NCBI GenBank assembly: GCA_050116575.1
Contig: JASFOJ010000001.1
Location: forward strand, 43,811-107,810
Length of the DNA stretch: 64,000 bases
Direction of reading: 5' to 3'
Source: Gammaproteobacteria bacterium
Lineage (GTDB): Bacteria; Pseudomonadota; Gammaproteobacteria; SZUA-152
Each line of letters starts with the position of its first letter. Position 1 is the first letter of the stretch. A program made the translations under genes and the position numbers. The notes below the pieces were generated by a model. The model saw only the letters and a program-made list of their open reading frames with translations, made no database searches and had not been told where the DNA came from. Below are positions 53,367 through 62,709 of this stretch, one piece after another.

Positions 53367-53963
53367 GTGCCATTAAGTCCCCTGATTAATCGCCTTATCG
53401 AGGACCTGCGGTGTCTGCCGGGGGTCGGCCCCAAGTCAGCACAACGCATGGCATTTCATTTGCTGGAACACAACCGGGAATCCGCCCGGCAACTGGCCCA
53501 TACTTTGCTGGAAGCCATTGACAACATCGGTCACTGCCAGCTGTGCCGCACATTGACTGAAGCCACGGTTTGCGACGTGTGCAATAATCCGAAACGCAAT
53601 CAAAGCGTGTTGTGCATCGTTGAGACGCCCGCCGATGTCAACGCCATTGAACAGGCTACGGATTATAACGGTCTTTATTTTGTGCTAATGGGACACCTCT
53701 CGCCGCTGGATGGTATCGGGCCGCAACAAATTGGGCTGGATATCCTGGAACAGCGGGTCAAAAGCGGCGGCATCGACGAGGTCATACTGGCCACTAATCC
53801 AACGGCCGAAGGCGAAGCAACGGCGCATTATATCAGTGACCTGGTCAGGGAATTCGGTGTCAAATCCACACGCATCGCTCATGGTGTGCCGGTAGGTGGC
53901 GAACTGGAATATGTCGACGGCGGCACTCTATCACATGCTTTCAGCGGCCGACGGGAAATATAA
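53367..53963 (+). CDS. recR: recombination protein RecR
   Basis: GTG start. Hh[12 protein letters not shown], a C4 zinc finger CQLC...CDVC, and a Toprim domain. Confidence 0.9.
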   Translation: MPLSPLINRLIEDLRCLPGVGPKSAQRMAFHLLEHNRESARQLAHTLLEAIDNIGHCQLCRTLTEATVCDVCNNPKRNQSVLCIVETPADVNAIEQATDYNGLYFVLMGHLSPLDGIGPQQIGLDILEQRVKSGGIDEVILATNPTAEGEATAHYISDLVREFGVKSTRIAHGVPVGGELEYVDGGTLSHAFSGRREI

Positions 53964-54155
53964 CCGCAACCAATAACCAATTACCTTTTGGTGACATACA
54001 ACAAAGTTTGTCACCCTGCGCGGCTCTTAACTCACTTCTTTTGTGTTTTTATCGTTACTCCTGCACTACTCACGAAGAAAACGCAGCAATTGAAAGCATC
54101 AATTTGCTGCTGAGAAAGGTTACTTAATCACTATACTCCCTGGATTCATCCGTTT

Positions 54156-54171
54156 TGTGACACGGTTCACA
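54156..54171. promoter_or_regulatory. perfect CRP/Vfr-type palindrome TGTGA-N6-TCACA upstream of fliA
   Basis: ttttGTGACacggtTCACAaaa, a 10-bp perfect inverted repeat, ~200 bp upstream of the fliA start. Confidence 0.4.
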
Positions 54172-54367
54172 AAACGATTGTTATGGAATTCCGGCCCTGT
54201 CACCCATAATGAAAATACGTCATCTCATTTTGTGCTACTGCGCGGCGGATATTACACGATGAGCGCGCTAAAGGTTTATACCACAACGCCGAATAGCATT
54301 GAGTTGTTTAGCTTTCGTCCATTAACAATGATTGTTGAATCCTGTCCCCCGGAAGTAAGGAATTAAA

Positions 54368-55087
54368 ATGTACGATAATTTACACGCACGTGCACATGAT
54401 GAACTCGTCACCCGCTACGCGCCGCTGGTCAAACGCATTGCTTATCATTTAAAAGCACGTCTGCCTTCAACTGTCATTGTGGATGATTTATTACAAGCGG
54501 GGATGGTAGGACTACTGGAAGCGTCCCGCAAATATGATTCGGACCAGGGCGCCAGTTTCGAAACCTATGCAGGGATCCGCATCCGGGGTGCCATGCTCGA
54601 TGAACTACGCCGCAACGACTGGGCACCAAAATCGGTACACCGTAAAGTACGTGATATAACCGATGCAATTCGTGAAATCGAAAACCGCGAAGGCCGCGAT
54701 GCCCGCGATGAAGAAGTGATAAAATCACTTAATATTACCAAGGAAGAATACTACAAAACGCTGCAGAATATTTCGTCACACCGGGTCATGAGTTGGGATG
54801 AACTGGGAATCGACGAAGACGCCATTCGCTCCAACACCGGTGACCAGAAATTCGGTCTGCAGGAAGAACTGGAAAAACTAAATTTTAATGAAAAGCTTAC
54901 CGAAGCCATCGCATCGCTGCCCGAACGGGAAAAAATGATTGTTGCGCTATACTATGAATCAGAACTCAATTTACGCGAAATTGGTTCAGTGCTCAATGTC
55001 AGTGAATCACGCATAAGTCAGTTACTAAGTCAAGCGCATTTGCGATTACGCGCGAGAATGGAAGACTGGATTAAAGATGACGGCTAG
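54368..55087 (+). CDS. fliA: flagellar sigma factor sigma-28 (FliA)
   Basis: DDLLQAGMVGLLEA, RIRGAMLDELRRNDWAPKSV, LPEREKMIVALYYESELNLREIGSVLNVSESRISQL. These align closely with E. coli FliA regions 2-4. Confidence 0.85.
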   Translation: MYDNLHARAHDELVTRYAPLVKRIAYHLKARLPSTVIVDDLLQAGMVGLLEASRKYDSDQGASFETYAGIRIRGAMLDELRRNDWAPKSVHRKVRDITDAIREIENREGRDARDEEVIKSLNITKEEYYKTLQNISSHRVMSWDELGIDEDAIRSNTGDQKFGLQEELEKLNFNEKLTEAIASLPEREKMIVALYYESELNLREIGSVLNVSESRISQLLSQAHLRLRARMEDWIKDDG

Positions 55088-55113
55088 GCCAAAAAAATGC
55101 TATTTTAATCTCT

Positions 55114-55560
55114 ATGAACAGGTTCAAACGCCATCCCAAAAATCTGACGCTGGTTCACGAAGCCAACTACACGAAAACCATGCGTGTGATTCCGTTTGTC
55201 CGTTCAATGCATTGTGACGCATCCATATGGGCACGCACACCGGCTCACGTGGTGGAAATCAAAATTCTGGAAGTCACCAAGTATACCACCATGTTTTCCT
55301 TTAATATTAACTATGCGGGCGAACAAAAGTGGCTGCCGCAGGTTCATATCGCCGTACGCTGTTATCATGACTTGCGCGTCGCGGAAGTCGCCAACTTCCA
55401 GCACCATAAACAATTCCAGTCGCGCTATTCCTACCCCAATCCCAATATGTATCATAGAAACGAGAAACAACAAATCAACCGCTTCCTTGGCGAATGGCTC
55501 GATTTCTGTTTAAAAACCCGCTGTCGTTTTCAACCCAACGAAATGCCCATTAACGTCTAA
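55114..55560 (+). CDS. hypothetical protein (148 aa)
   Basis: ORF 26 bp downstream of fliA; no family recognised; His/Cys/aromatic-rich. Confidence 0.3.
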   Translation: MNRFKRHPKNLTLVHEANYTKTMRVIPFVRSMHCDASIWARTPAHVVEIKILEVTKYTTMFSFNINYAGEQKWLPQVHIAVRCYHDLRVAEVANFQHHKQFQSRYSYPNPNMYHRNEKQQINRFLGEWLDFCLKTRCRFQPNEMPINV

Positions 55561-55885
55561 CCGCTGACTGGTTATTCATATTCCATTTCAGTGTAAAGGG
55601 CCCCTGGCACCTTGATCTTATCCATTTGGTTAAGTCCATAAATTGCTCTTATTATCACTTCGCCTGTGTGCCGGATTCCCTGCCAAGTCCTGCTAAATCC
55701 TTATTTTTCAAAAGGTTATATTTCCCAAAATTCTCTATTCGAACATATAGTTATTGCCCAAGTGTGCAAATAACAAAATTCCCAATCAAAAACTGATAAT
55801 TGGTTAAAGTTATTACAAGTGTTTACCGATATTTTTTACAGCAGAACATATTTGGGAAACAGATTAACGAAAGGCGGTTTTAACG

Positions 55886-56869
55886 ATGGTACGGTTTATA
55901 GTTTTAATTTTTTGTGTGTTGGTGCCGTTATCCACCTATGCCTTTAAAGACGACTACGTCTGGCAGGAAAAATTCAAGCAGCAGATGCCGCTTGCTGAAA
56001 ACGGTAACGTCGAAGCGCAATACGACATTGGCACGATGTATGAGCGAGGCAACGGCGTTGCGAAAAGTATGGAAAAGGCGTTCGAGTGGTACATGAAATC
56101 CGCAAAGCAGGGAAACGACAAAGCAGCTTACAAAGTTGGCTTAAGTTATCTGCACGGCAAAGGCGTCAGCAAGGATTATGACAAAGCGATGGAATGGTTA
56201 AAAAAAGCCGCCGATAAAAACAACGTACGCGCGTTTTATTTTATCGGCTCCATGTATGAAAAGGGACATGGTGTATCCAAAAACCTCGACACCGCATTGC
56301 GCTGGTATACCCGCGCCTACAAGGGCGGCTATATGATTGCCAAGCAACGGGCACAGGAAATCAAGGACATTGTCAAAGAACGCGAAGTGCAGGCCGAACT
56401 CAAACGCCAACGGGAACTGCAGCGCCGCCGGGCGGCGATGGCCAAAAGTCCGCCGATCAGTTCCAAAAAAACCAACGTAAAAAAATTGTTGCTGGCCGGC
56501 GGTTGGTCCAAGAGCCACAAGCCCGCCGAATACCTGCCATCCAAGGTCACCAACTGTAAAGACAAGGGAAGAACCATTGAATGCGTCTCAGAGGAAGTAA
56601 CGCGCAATATCGGCATGGCCGACATTCGTTACCGCACGAAAGCCATCCTCTACAGCCTGGACGATGAAAAGAATTTCAAGGTTTCCTATCGCAATAATGT
56701 TGTCGATATTAAAGTCACCGACCCGGCTTTTACGGCAAACGGTGGCAAGGTACCGGTAAAAATGGGCTGGCAGGACGCCGAGCACAAATTAGTATGCTCC
56801 GTCGCTAACAAAAAGGAATTAAAGTGCGTTAAAAACAAAACGCGTGATATGACATTTAACCGCAATTAA
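55886..56869 (+). CDS. secreted Sel1-repeat protein with unknown C-terminal domain
   Basis: Signal peptide; about four Sel1 repeats (AQYDIGTMYERGNGVAKSMEKAFEWYMKSAKQGN...); a basic coiled segment and a Cys-containing C-terminal domain. Confidence 0.6.
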   Translation: MVRFIVLIFCVLVPLSTYAFKDDYVWQEKFKQQMPLAENGNVEAQYDIGTMYERGNGVAKSMEKAFEWYMKSAKQGNDKAAYKVGLSYLHGKGVSKDYDKAMEWLKKAADKNNVRAFYFIGSMYEKGHGVSKNLDTALRWYTRAYKGGYMIAKQRAQEIKDIVKEREVQAELKRQRELQRRRAAMAKSPPISSKKTNVKKLLLAGGWSKSHKPAEYLPSKVTNCKDKGRTIECVSEEVTRNIGMADIRYRTKAILYSLDDEKNFKVSYRNNVVDIKVTDPAFTANGGKVPVKMGWQDAEHKLVCSVANKKELKCVKNKTRDMTFNRN

Positions 56870-56909
56870 ATTTTCGCGGTTCGGTCACCGAAGCCATTAG
56901 ATACAACAA

Positions 56910-56944
56910 ACCCTTTCCCCGCCCGCCGGGGAAAGGGTTTTTTA
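56910..56944 (+). terminator. rho-independent terminator
   Basis: CCCTTTCCCCGCCCGCCGGGGAAAGGG followed by TTTTTT. Confidence 0.7.
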
Positions 56945-57024
56945 ACACCTTCGCAAAATACATACGATGTAACTCTAAAACATTCACTTAAAGTTAAATA
57001 TATCCATCAACGGCATCGCGGCCG

Positions 57025-58002
57025 TCAGTAGATATGGACCACCAGCACGTGAGCCAGGGAACACACCAATAATAAATACATCACCGGCACGTGAAACAGT
57101 CGCCACTTACTCAATAGTTGCTCGCAGGATCGCACGAGCGAGACATCCATCAGCGTACTGATGTATCGTTTGAGATACTGTTTTTCCATCGCGATTGTAG
57201 CTTGCAGTGTCTGTTGATCCCAGTTGCCCCGCCTGGCGACCTCTATCAATACCCGGGTAATCTGATCACCCACCGCCACATAACAGGCGGCGGCCTGGGC
57301 GCGTACCAGTAAATAGGCATACGGGATGTGAAACACGGTTTTAGGCTGTATGAGACATGTTGTGGTTAACCGTGACAGGTGTTTGCGAATAAGCTCGCTG
57401 TCGTATTTCACCAGCGACTCAAACAACTGGTTTTCTTCACGGTCTATTCGCGCCAGCTTGCTATGCATGGTAAAAGACAAGCGGGTAAACAGGAACCGAC
57501 CCAACGCCCCGCTGCCGACGATCAGAACCATGGCGATAATGGCTATCAGGCTGTTAATGGACTGTATGGCAAAAGTCGAGTGGAAAATAATCAGCAAAGG
57601 ACCGGTTAAGCCGGCACCCAAATGCAGGTAGTACCAGGCTTCAAGTTTGCCGGCGTTTCTCAACACAGGCAGACGCTTGCGCAGCGAATACGTCAATGCA
57701 ATCAACATCAACAAACCACCGGCAAGACCTGTGTTATATATAAAATCATAATCGGCAATGGCATTGAACTGCCCCCAACGTATCCACGCTGACGAGAGGA
57801 TAACGGCAATAACGGATGAAACGAGGAAAAATTTGCGTGATGAGGCCCGGGAAGCTTCATTTTTCGATTCGTTAAATTGTCCCGGGTATTTCTGCTTTAA
57901 AATGGCAACCGCGCTGACGATGCCTTTATTTGCTTTGGTAACCTCTTTTTTTGAAGCATTTGAGCCTGAGTCAGCCCTTGACGATTCGTGATTCATGGAC
58001 AA
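57025..58002 (-). CDS. hypothetical inner-membrane protein (4 TM + cytoplasmic C-terminal domain)
   Basis: Hydrophilic Ser/Lys-rich N-terminus, four hydrophobic helices, and a ~140-aa C-terminal soluble region; no family recognised. Confidence 0.4.
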   Translation of the reverse strand: MSMNHESSRADSGSNASKKEVTKANKGIVSAVAILKQKYPGQFNESKNEASRASSRKFFLVSSVIAVILSSAWIRWGQFNAIADYDFIYNTGLAGGLLMLIALTYSLRKRLPVLRNAGKLEAWYYLHLGAGLTGPLLIIFHSTFAIQSINSLIAIIAMVLIVGSGALGRFLFTRLSFTMHSKLARIDREENQLFESLVKYDSELIRKHLSRLTTTCLIQPKTVFHIPYAYLLVRAQAAACYVAVGDQITRVLIEVARRGNWDQQTLQATIAMEKQYLKRYISTLMDVSLVRSCEQLLSKWRLFHVPVMYLLLVCSLAHVLVVHIY

Positions 58003-58500
58003 CCCCCGACGCTTGTAGTTTTAAGTAAACCACCCTGATATTGGGTGCGTCCTTGCGTTACTGCTTTCCTGCCCATTCACACAATGTGTGTCCGGGAAGC
58101 ATCGAGAAGTGAAAACCGGAGACAAGCAGCGCCGGATCAGGCTTGAGACAGACAAACGGATTGCCTGTGTTCACTAACCCCCACTGGTCCCGCCCCTGGC
58201 CGCACCGATTAATTCCCGAGTGTTCACATTCGATGCCTGGTACGACTGCTTTTTCATCGACGCATGCCCCCTGCTTGCAAGGATGAAAAAGCGCTTAAGC
58301 ATAATCATTTACTTATTTACTGCATAAGTAATGCTTATTTATGAGTATATTTGCTGAGGATTCAAAGTCAACGCGACCACGACATTCTCATTTATTGCTG
58401 ACACCTGGATAGGAATATTCTTACTTTGTCGCTTTCACACCATTGAAAATATTGATTTTACGTTGCGGGATATTCAGGTAGACGCGCAACAAAATAATTA

Positions 58501-58597
58501 CCAATCGCCTACAAGGGGCTCCTATGCATAAATCACCCACCTGGGTGAATTCCGAGGTAGGAGCCAGCCTTGCTGGCGATAACGCGCTGCGGGTATA
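58501..58597 (+). repeat. 97-bp repeat copy 1 (RBS + 24-codon mini-ORF, bounded by 7-bp inverted repeat)
   Basis: tATCGCCtacAAGGGGctcctATGcataaatcacccacctgggtgaattccgaggtaggagccagccttgctgGCGATAacgcgctgcgg. Confidence 0.6.
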
Positions 58598-58693
58598 ACC
58601 CACCCTTTCGCACTATTCGTTCCCCGCCGGTGTTCTGCGCCAGAAACATAATTTACCGTTCGTGCAGTCACGACAAGTTGCTGCACGGAATAA

Positions 58694-58790
58694 ACATCTA
58701 TCGCCTGCAAGGGACTCCTATGCATAAATCACCCACCTGGGTGAATTCCGGGGTAGCAGCCAGCCATGCTGGCGATAACGCGCCGCGGAC
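58694..58790 (+). repeat. 97-bp repeat copy 2 (about 90% identical to copy 1)
   Basis: tATCGCCtgcAAGGGActcctATGcataaatcacccacctgggtgaattccggggtagcagccagccatgctgGCGATAacgcgccgcgg. Confidence 0.6.
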
Positions 58791-58844
58791 AGCTAGCCGT
58801 GGTCGACGCCGTCGGTATCAGTGATTTCGCTTGAGTAGATGAAT

Positions 58845-59837
58845 TCAGTGACCGGTCGAATCGTCTGACGGTACGGACGCCAGGCGCTGTTCAATATGGG
58901 AAAGTGTATCGCGGTAGCTGGCAACATATTCGCCACCCAACTGCACAGCCTGTTGTGCGTGCCGCTGCGCAGCGGTTAGATTCCCCTGCTCCATTAAAAC
59001 CTGCGCCAGGTTGTTGTGTGCCGGCGCATAGTCGCGTTTCACGTCCAGAACCTGACGATAAAACTGTTGCGCCTGTTGAAGTTGTCCTCTTAGGTAACAA
59101 ACGTTACCTAAAGCCATGAGTGACACCAGTGACCGCGGCCAGCGTTTGACGGCGGCCCGGTAAGCCGTGTCGGCCAGTGCCAGTTTGCCCTTGCGCTCAA
59201 AATAAGCAACTGCTTTGACATACTGTAAGGGCGTCACCGACGCAGGCATCTCACCCGGCCGCATCACCACCATGGCCCATAGCTTGGCCCGCCGCCAGGT
59301 TCGTTCAAAGGTTTCCAGGCTGATCACATGCTGCTGGATCGTACCGGAGTTAAGCATAATCTCATCATTTGCCGGGTCCATTCCGGTCACCACGGCATAG
59401 TGCCAACGCGGAATCCAGTCCAGCCCCAGGTTCTGGAACACCAGCACCGGATGGCCGGCCTTTAATTCGTCCAGCAATGCGGGAAAACCCGGCTTTATCA
59501 CAAAGGGAATGCGATCATAGTAACGCGCCGCCGCCACCATTTCCGCCTGGAAACTGCCCTGGCGTTCCGGCACATAAACCAACGGCACCAGATCGTCAGG
59601 GGTGACCGGTACTCCCGCCCACTTCAACAACGTCGCTAATGCGGCGGGACCACACTGGTACTCTTGCTGCGGAAAAAAAGGAACATTATCAACTTCGCAA
59701 CGAGGCAACTTGTCCCAGCCGGCGGACTGGCGAAGCTTGTCGATTTGCAGCGTAGTACTGCAGGCGCATAAAAATAAAAGGCTGCCTAAGCAAAGCAAGG
59801 CAGCCCTGACATTCCTGGTCATAACGTAAAACAACAA
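58845..59837 (-). CDS. C39-like papain-fold peptidase domain fused to TPR repeats (lipoprotein; PA2778-like)
   Basis: Lipobox LLFLCAC; QQEYQCGPAALATLL (Gln oxyanion + catalytic Cys); downstream WHYAVVTGMD (candidate His/Asp); C-terminal TPR repeats. Confidence 0.55.
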   Translation of the reverse strand: MLFYVMTRNVRAALLCLGSLLFLCACSTTLQIDKLRQSAGWDKLPRCEVDNVPFFPQQEYQCGPAALATLLKWAGVPVTPDDLVPLVYVPERQGSFQAEMVAAARYYDRIPFVIKPGFPALLDELKAGHPVLVFQNLGLDWIPRWHYAVVTGMDPANDEIMLNSGTIQQHVISLETFERTWRRAKLWAMVVMRPGEMPASVTPLQYVKAVAYFERKGKLALADTAYRAAVKRWPRSLVSLMALGNVCYLRGQLQQAQQFYRQVLDVKRDYAPAHNNLAQVLMEQGNLTAAQRHAQQAVQLGGEYVASYRDTLSHIEQRLASVPSDDSTGH

Positions 59838-59839
59838 TT

Positions 59840-60256
59840 CTAGTCGTATACGGTTTTCTTCACGAAGGGAAAAACGTCGGTGAAACCCATCAGGTCGGTA
59901 ATCAGCAATACAATGAATATGAACGCCAACGTCCCCACGACACCGCCACCGGCCGGCGCTTCATCTATCTGATCGGCAAAAGCCTGAATTTGTTGGTCAG
60001 TCATATTTGCCAGGCGTTGTTTGGCGTCCTGTGGATCGACACCCAACGCGATCAATTGGGCTTGCACTTCCCGCTGCGACAGCAGGTCATTAATGCGCTG
60101 CTTGTTCAGTTGCACAACCTGCTGGTCAACAATGTCTGTGGTCGTCACAATACCGGCCATTGCCGCCTGCTGAAAACTCACCAGCAAAAAGCAAACCAGC
60201 GAAATCCTGGCCGTCAATTTCATTAATGGCGTCTTAGTCGTCATAGTTTTCTCCAT
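59840..60256 (-). CDS. small secreted/C-terminally anchored protein (PA2779-like partner of the C39-TPR protein)
   Basis: Signal peptide MTTKTPLMKLTARISLVCFLLVSFQQAAMA and a C-terminal hydrophobic helix VVGTLAFIFIVLLITDLMGF. Its stop is 3 bp from the upstream gene. The likely start is M at 60256; the longer ORF runs to 60334. Confidence 0.4.
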   Translation of the reverse strand: MEKTMTTKTPLMKLTARISLVCFLLVSFQQAAMAGIVTTTDIVDQQVVQLNKQRINDLLSQREVQAQLIALGVDPQDAKQRLANMTDQQIQAFADQIDEAPAGGGVVGTLAFIFIVLLITDLMGFTDVFPFVKKTVYD

Positions 60257-60341
60257 GTTAAGTCCATTGTTTACACGATGGTAGCCGATATTGGCGCCAA
60301 CACCAATATTCAACCACACGTAGCGCAATCGCATACGTGTA

Positions 60342-60692
60342 TCAGTGATATTTATTTTTTTTCTGCTGTTCCTGTTGAATATCCGCTTCGAGAACTTTCA
60401 GCTGGTCGGCCAACTGGCGAATGGCGGGCGCAATCTCTTCTTCAACTTTTTTCTGATTCTTTTTTATATCCCTGTTAATCTGCATCATCACCACGAACAC
60501 GCCTACCACGGGCAATGCCCAGACCAGAATGACAAACTGCTTTTTCTTCCTGGCATCGTGCAATTGTGATAGCCGAATGATCCGCGTACTCATCACATTC
60601 AAATATACAACAGCTCCCACCAGTACCGCTCCAAAAATCCATAAAAAAACAGTCAAAACATCCACCTCGTTGCGGCTGGTTTGCGACGGCAC
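60342..60692 (-). CDS. small membrane protein (2 TM + coiled C-terminus)
   Basis: 116 aa with two hydrophobic helices and a Lys/Glu/Gln-rich C-terminus. Confidence 0.4.
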   Translation of the reverse strand: MPSQTSRNEVDVLTVFLWIFGAVLVGAVVYLNVMSTRIIRLSQLHDARKKKQFVILVWALPVVGVFVVMMQINRDIKKNQKKVEEEIAPAIRQLADQLKVLEADIQQEQQKKNKYH

Positions 60693-60919
60693 TGCGCTCC
60701 TGCATTGGGCTGACCGGGTTGAACGGCGCGCCCACGGTGCCGGATTTAACGATTTACCAATTATTTACTAAATAATTGCCTATTAATAATAGAGCATTGT
60801 CAGGCTCAGATCATGCCCGCCACCAGCGCCATACAAAATTTTGTATGAATATCACACATATTGCCGCTGGTGTCGCGCCACCGTTCGGATTTTCATGATT
60901 CGTCACATTTTGAGACGAG

Positions 60920-62455
60920 CTATTGCACAAGCACCTGGTATTTGAGATCGAAATTGGCGTTTGACGTATTCATATTGCCCGTCATTTGAATACGCCAATT
61001 CGTCACATTGGCGTCATAGCCCGCCGGCGCCCCTCCGCCGCCGGAAACCGGTGTATAGGTATAAGTTGCGCCATTATCGTTGGAATAAGTCGTGGTCCCG
61101 ATTGTTAGTCCCGACGCCGGTGTGCCATCCACCAGTTGAAAAGGCTGACCGGCTCCGTAAGAATTCAAACCAAACATAATATATGGACTTAACTGGTCGT
61201 CGATCACTACGGTATAGGCGTTATCACCACCGGTGTTGGTAATATTTAGTGTATAAGTCACCACGCCTCCCGGATTCACCGACGGCGACGAGGCATATTT
61301 CACCATGGTCAGAACCGGAACCGGTTCTATGGCGACGGTGACAGTGGCGCTGTCATTGCTGCTGTCTTCGTCGGTTTGATCCGATGCACTGAGGGTTGCC
61401 GTGTTGTCGACACTCATGATGACCGGTACAACACCGGCAGTAACATTGATCGTCAGCGTATACGTTGTATTGGGTGCTATAGTCGGTATATTCCATTGAT
61501 CAGGAACACCGTTACTGTCCGAATCGTCAAAGGTCGTGCCGGCCTGCGCGCTATGACTGTTATAAGTCACTTGTGAAGGCAACACGTCGGAAATCACAAT
61601 GTTGGTAAAATCAATAATCGACGCGTTATAAACCTCCACGGTATAGGTGAAAGACTGGTTGCCTTTAATAGTGGAAACGGTCGCGCTTTTTGAAATCTGC
61701 AAGTCCTGGGGAAACAGCTGGCCACCCGCCGGCCCGTCCATATTATCAATAATCCGGCTGGGAATGTTCTGGCCGTTGGACGACGATATATGAAACTTGA
61801 GATTGGAAGGCTCACTTAGTCCCAGATTGGTCCACGACAATATGGTTTCCATGGCCAGGCCGGAGGATGAACCGTAATTGGTACTGTACAAACTGGTCTC
61901 GTTGGTTTTATCGCCGGGCATCGTATATCCGTCGCCGTTGCCACCGCTATCAACCAGGGGATCACCCCCGGAGGCGCTTGCTACATAGTCGTAAAGTACC
62001 GCGACCGTTGACTGATTGCTGCCCTGCCATGATACCCGCAAGACCTTTTCGCCGGACTGTAACAGACCATCCGGATCGGTACCCGCCACACCGCCGGTGG
62101 TGGTATCCATGTAAAACCACCAGTCGGTCGTGTTGGTGGATGACGCCCAACGCTCCACGTAGAAATAAAGGTAGGTGTTGTCCCAGGTAAAGGAAAACTT
62201 GCGCAAGTCCCGGCCGGTGCTGGACAGTGGTTCATCCAGGTCGTTGCCGCTACCATCTTCCGCGTCATCGCTATACTGGCCTGAATTATTAGTTATATCA
62301 CCAGCGGGGGTGTAAGTATTGGCATCGGTGTCATACCAATCGGTCATCACCCCGTCCATGGTAATGGTACGTTCGATGTACGCAGCCTGGGCCTGGGACA
62401 GCACCCCCAACAGCAACCAGATAGCAGTGGTAAATTTTCCGATGACCCGCATCAT
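60920..62455 (-). CDS. secreted DUF11-type repeat (Ig-like) surface protein
   Basis: Signal peptide ...SQAQAA; Thr/Ser/Asn/Gly-rich; repeated TYTLTINVTAG / VTYTLNITNTG segments typical of DUF11 conserved-repeat domains. Confidence 0.5.
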   Translation of the reverse strand: MMRVIGKFTTAIWLLLGVLSQAQAAYIERTITMDGVMTDWYDTDANTYTPAGDITNNSGQYSDDAEDGSGNDLDEPLSSTGRDLRKFSFTWDNTYLYFYVERWASSTNTTDWWFYMDTTTGGVAGTDPDGLLQSGEKVLRVSWQGSNQSTVAVLYDYVASASGGDPLVDSGGNGDGYTMPGDKTNETSLYSTNYGSSSGLAMETILSWTNLGLSEPSNLKFHISSSNGQNIPSRIIDNMDGPAGGQLFPQDLQISKSATVSTIKGNQSFTYTVEVYNASIIDFTNIVISDVLPSQVTYNSHSAQAGTTFDDSDSNGVPDQWNIPTIAPNTTYTLTINVTAGVVPVIMSVDNTATLSASDQTDEDSSNDSATVTVAIEPVPVLTMVKYASSPSVNPGGVVTYTLNITNTGGDNAYTVVIDDQLSPYIMFGLNSYGAGQPFQLVDGTPASGLTIGTTTYSNDNGATYTYTPVSGGGGAPAGYDANVTNWRIQMTGNMNTSNANFDLKYQVLVQ

Positions 62456-62660
62456 GGGCGAAACAAGAAAAGCTATTAATTCCCTTTAGTTAGCGGCGGG
62501 AAACTTCGATTACTAAAGAACTATATGCAGGATCCATACACGGTCAAGGATAAGAAGGCATTTATTGTCTAAATAATATATCAATATAATCAACAAGATA
62601 CGCTCAACGGGGCTGTAGCAATCGGGAGGAAGATGCAGTTTTCGACTGCCGGAAAATGGA

Positions 62661-62688
62661 AAGCGCCTGCCTTTTCAGGCAGGCGCTT
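62661..62688. terminator. hairpin terminator between convergent/tandem genes
   Basis: AAGCGCCTGCC ttttc AGGCAGGCGCTT, immediately 3' of the minus-strand gene ending at 62710. Confidence 0.5.
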
Positions 62689-62709
62689 GCAGCTAGAGCT
62701 TGGAACTAC

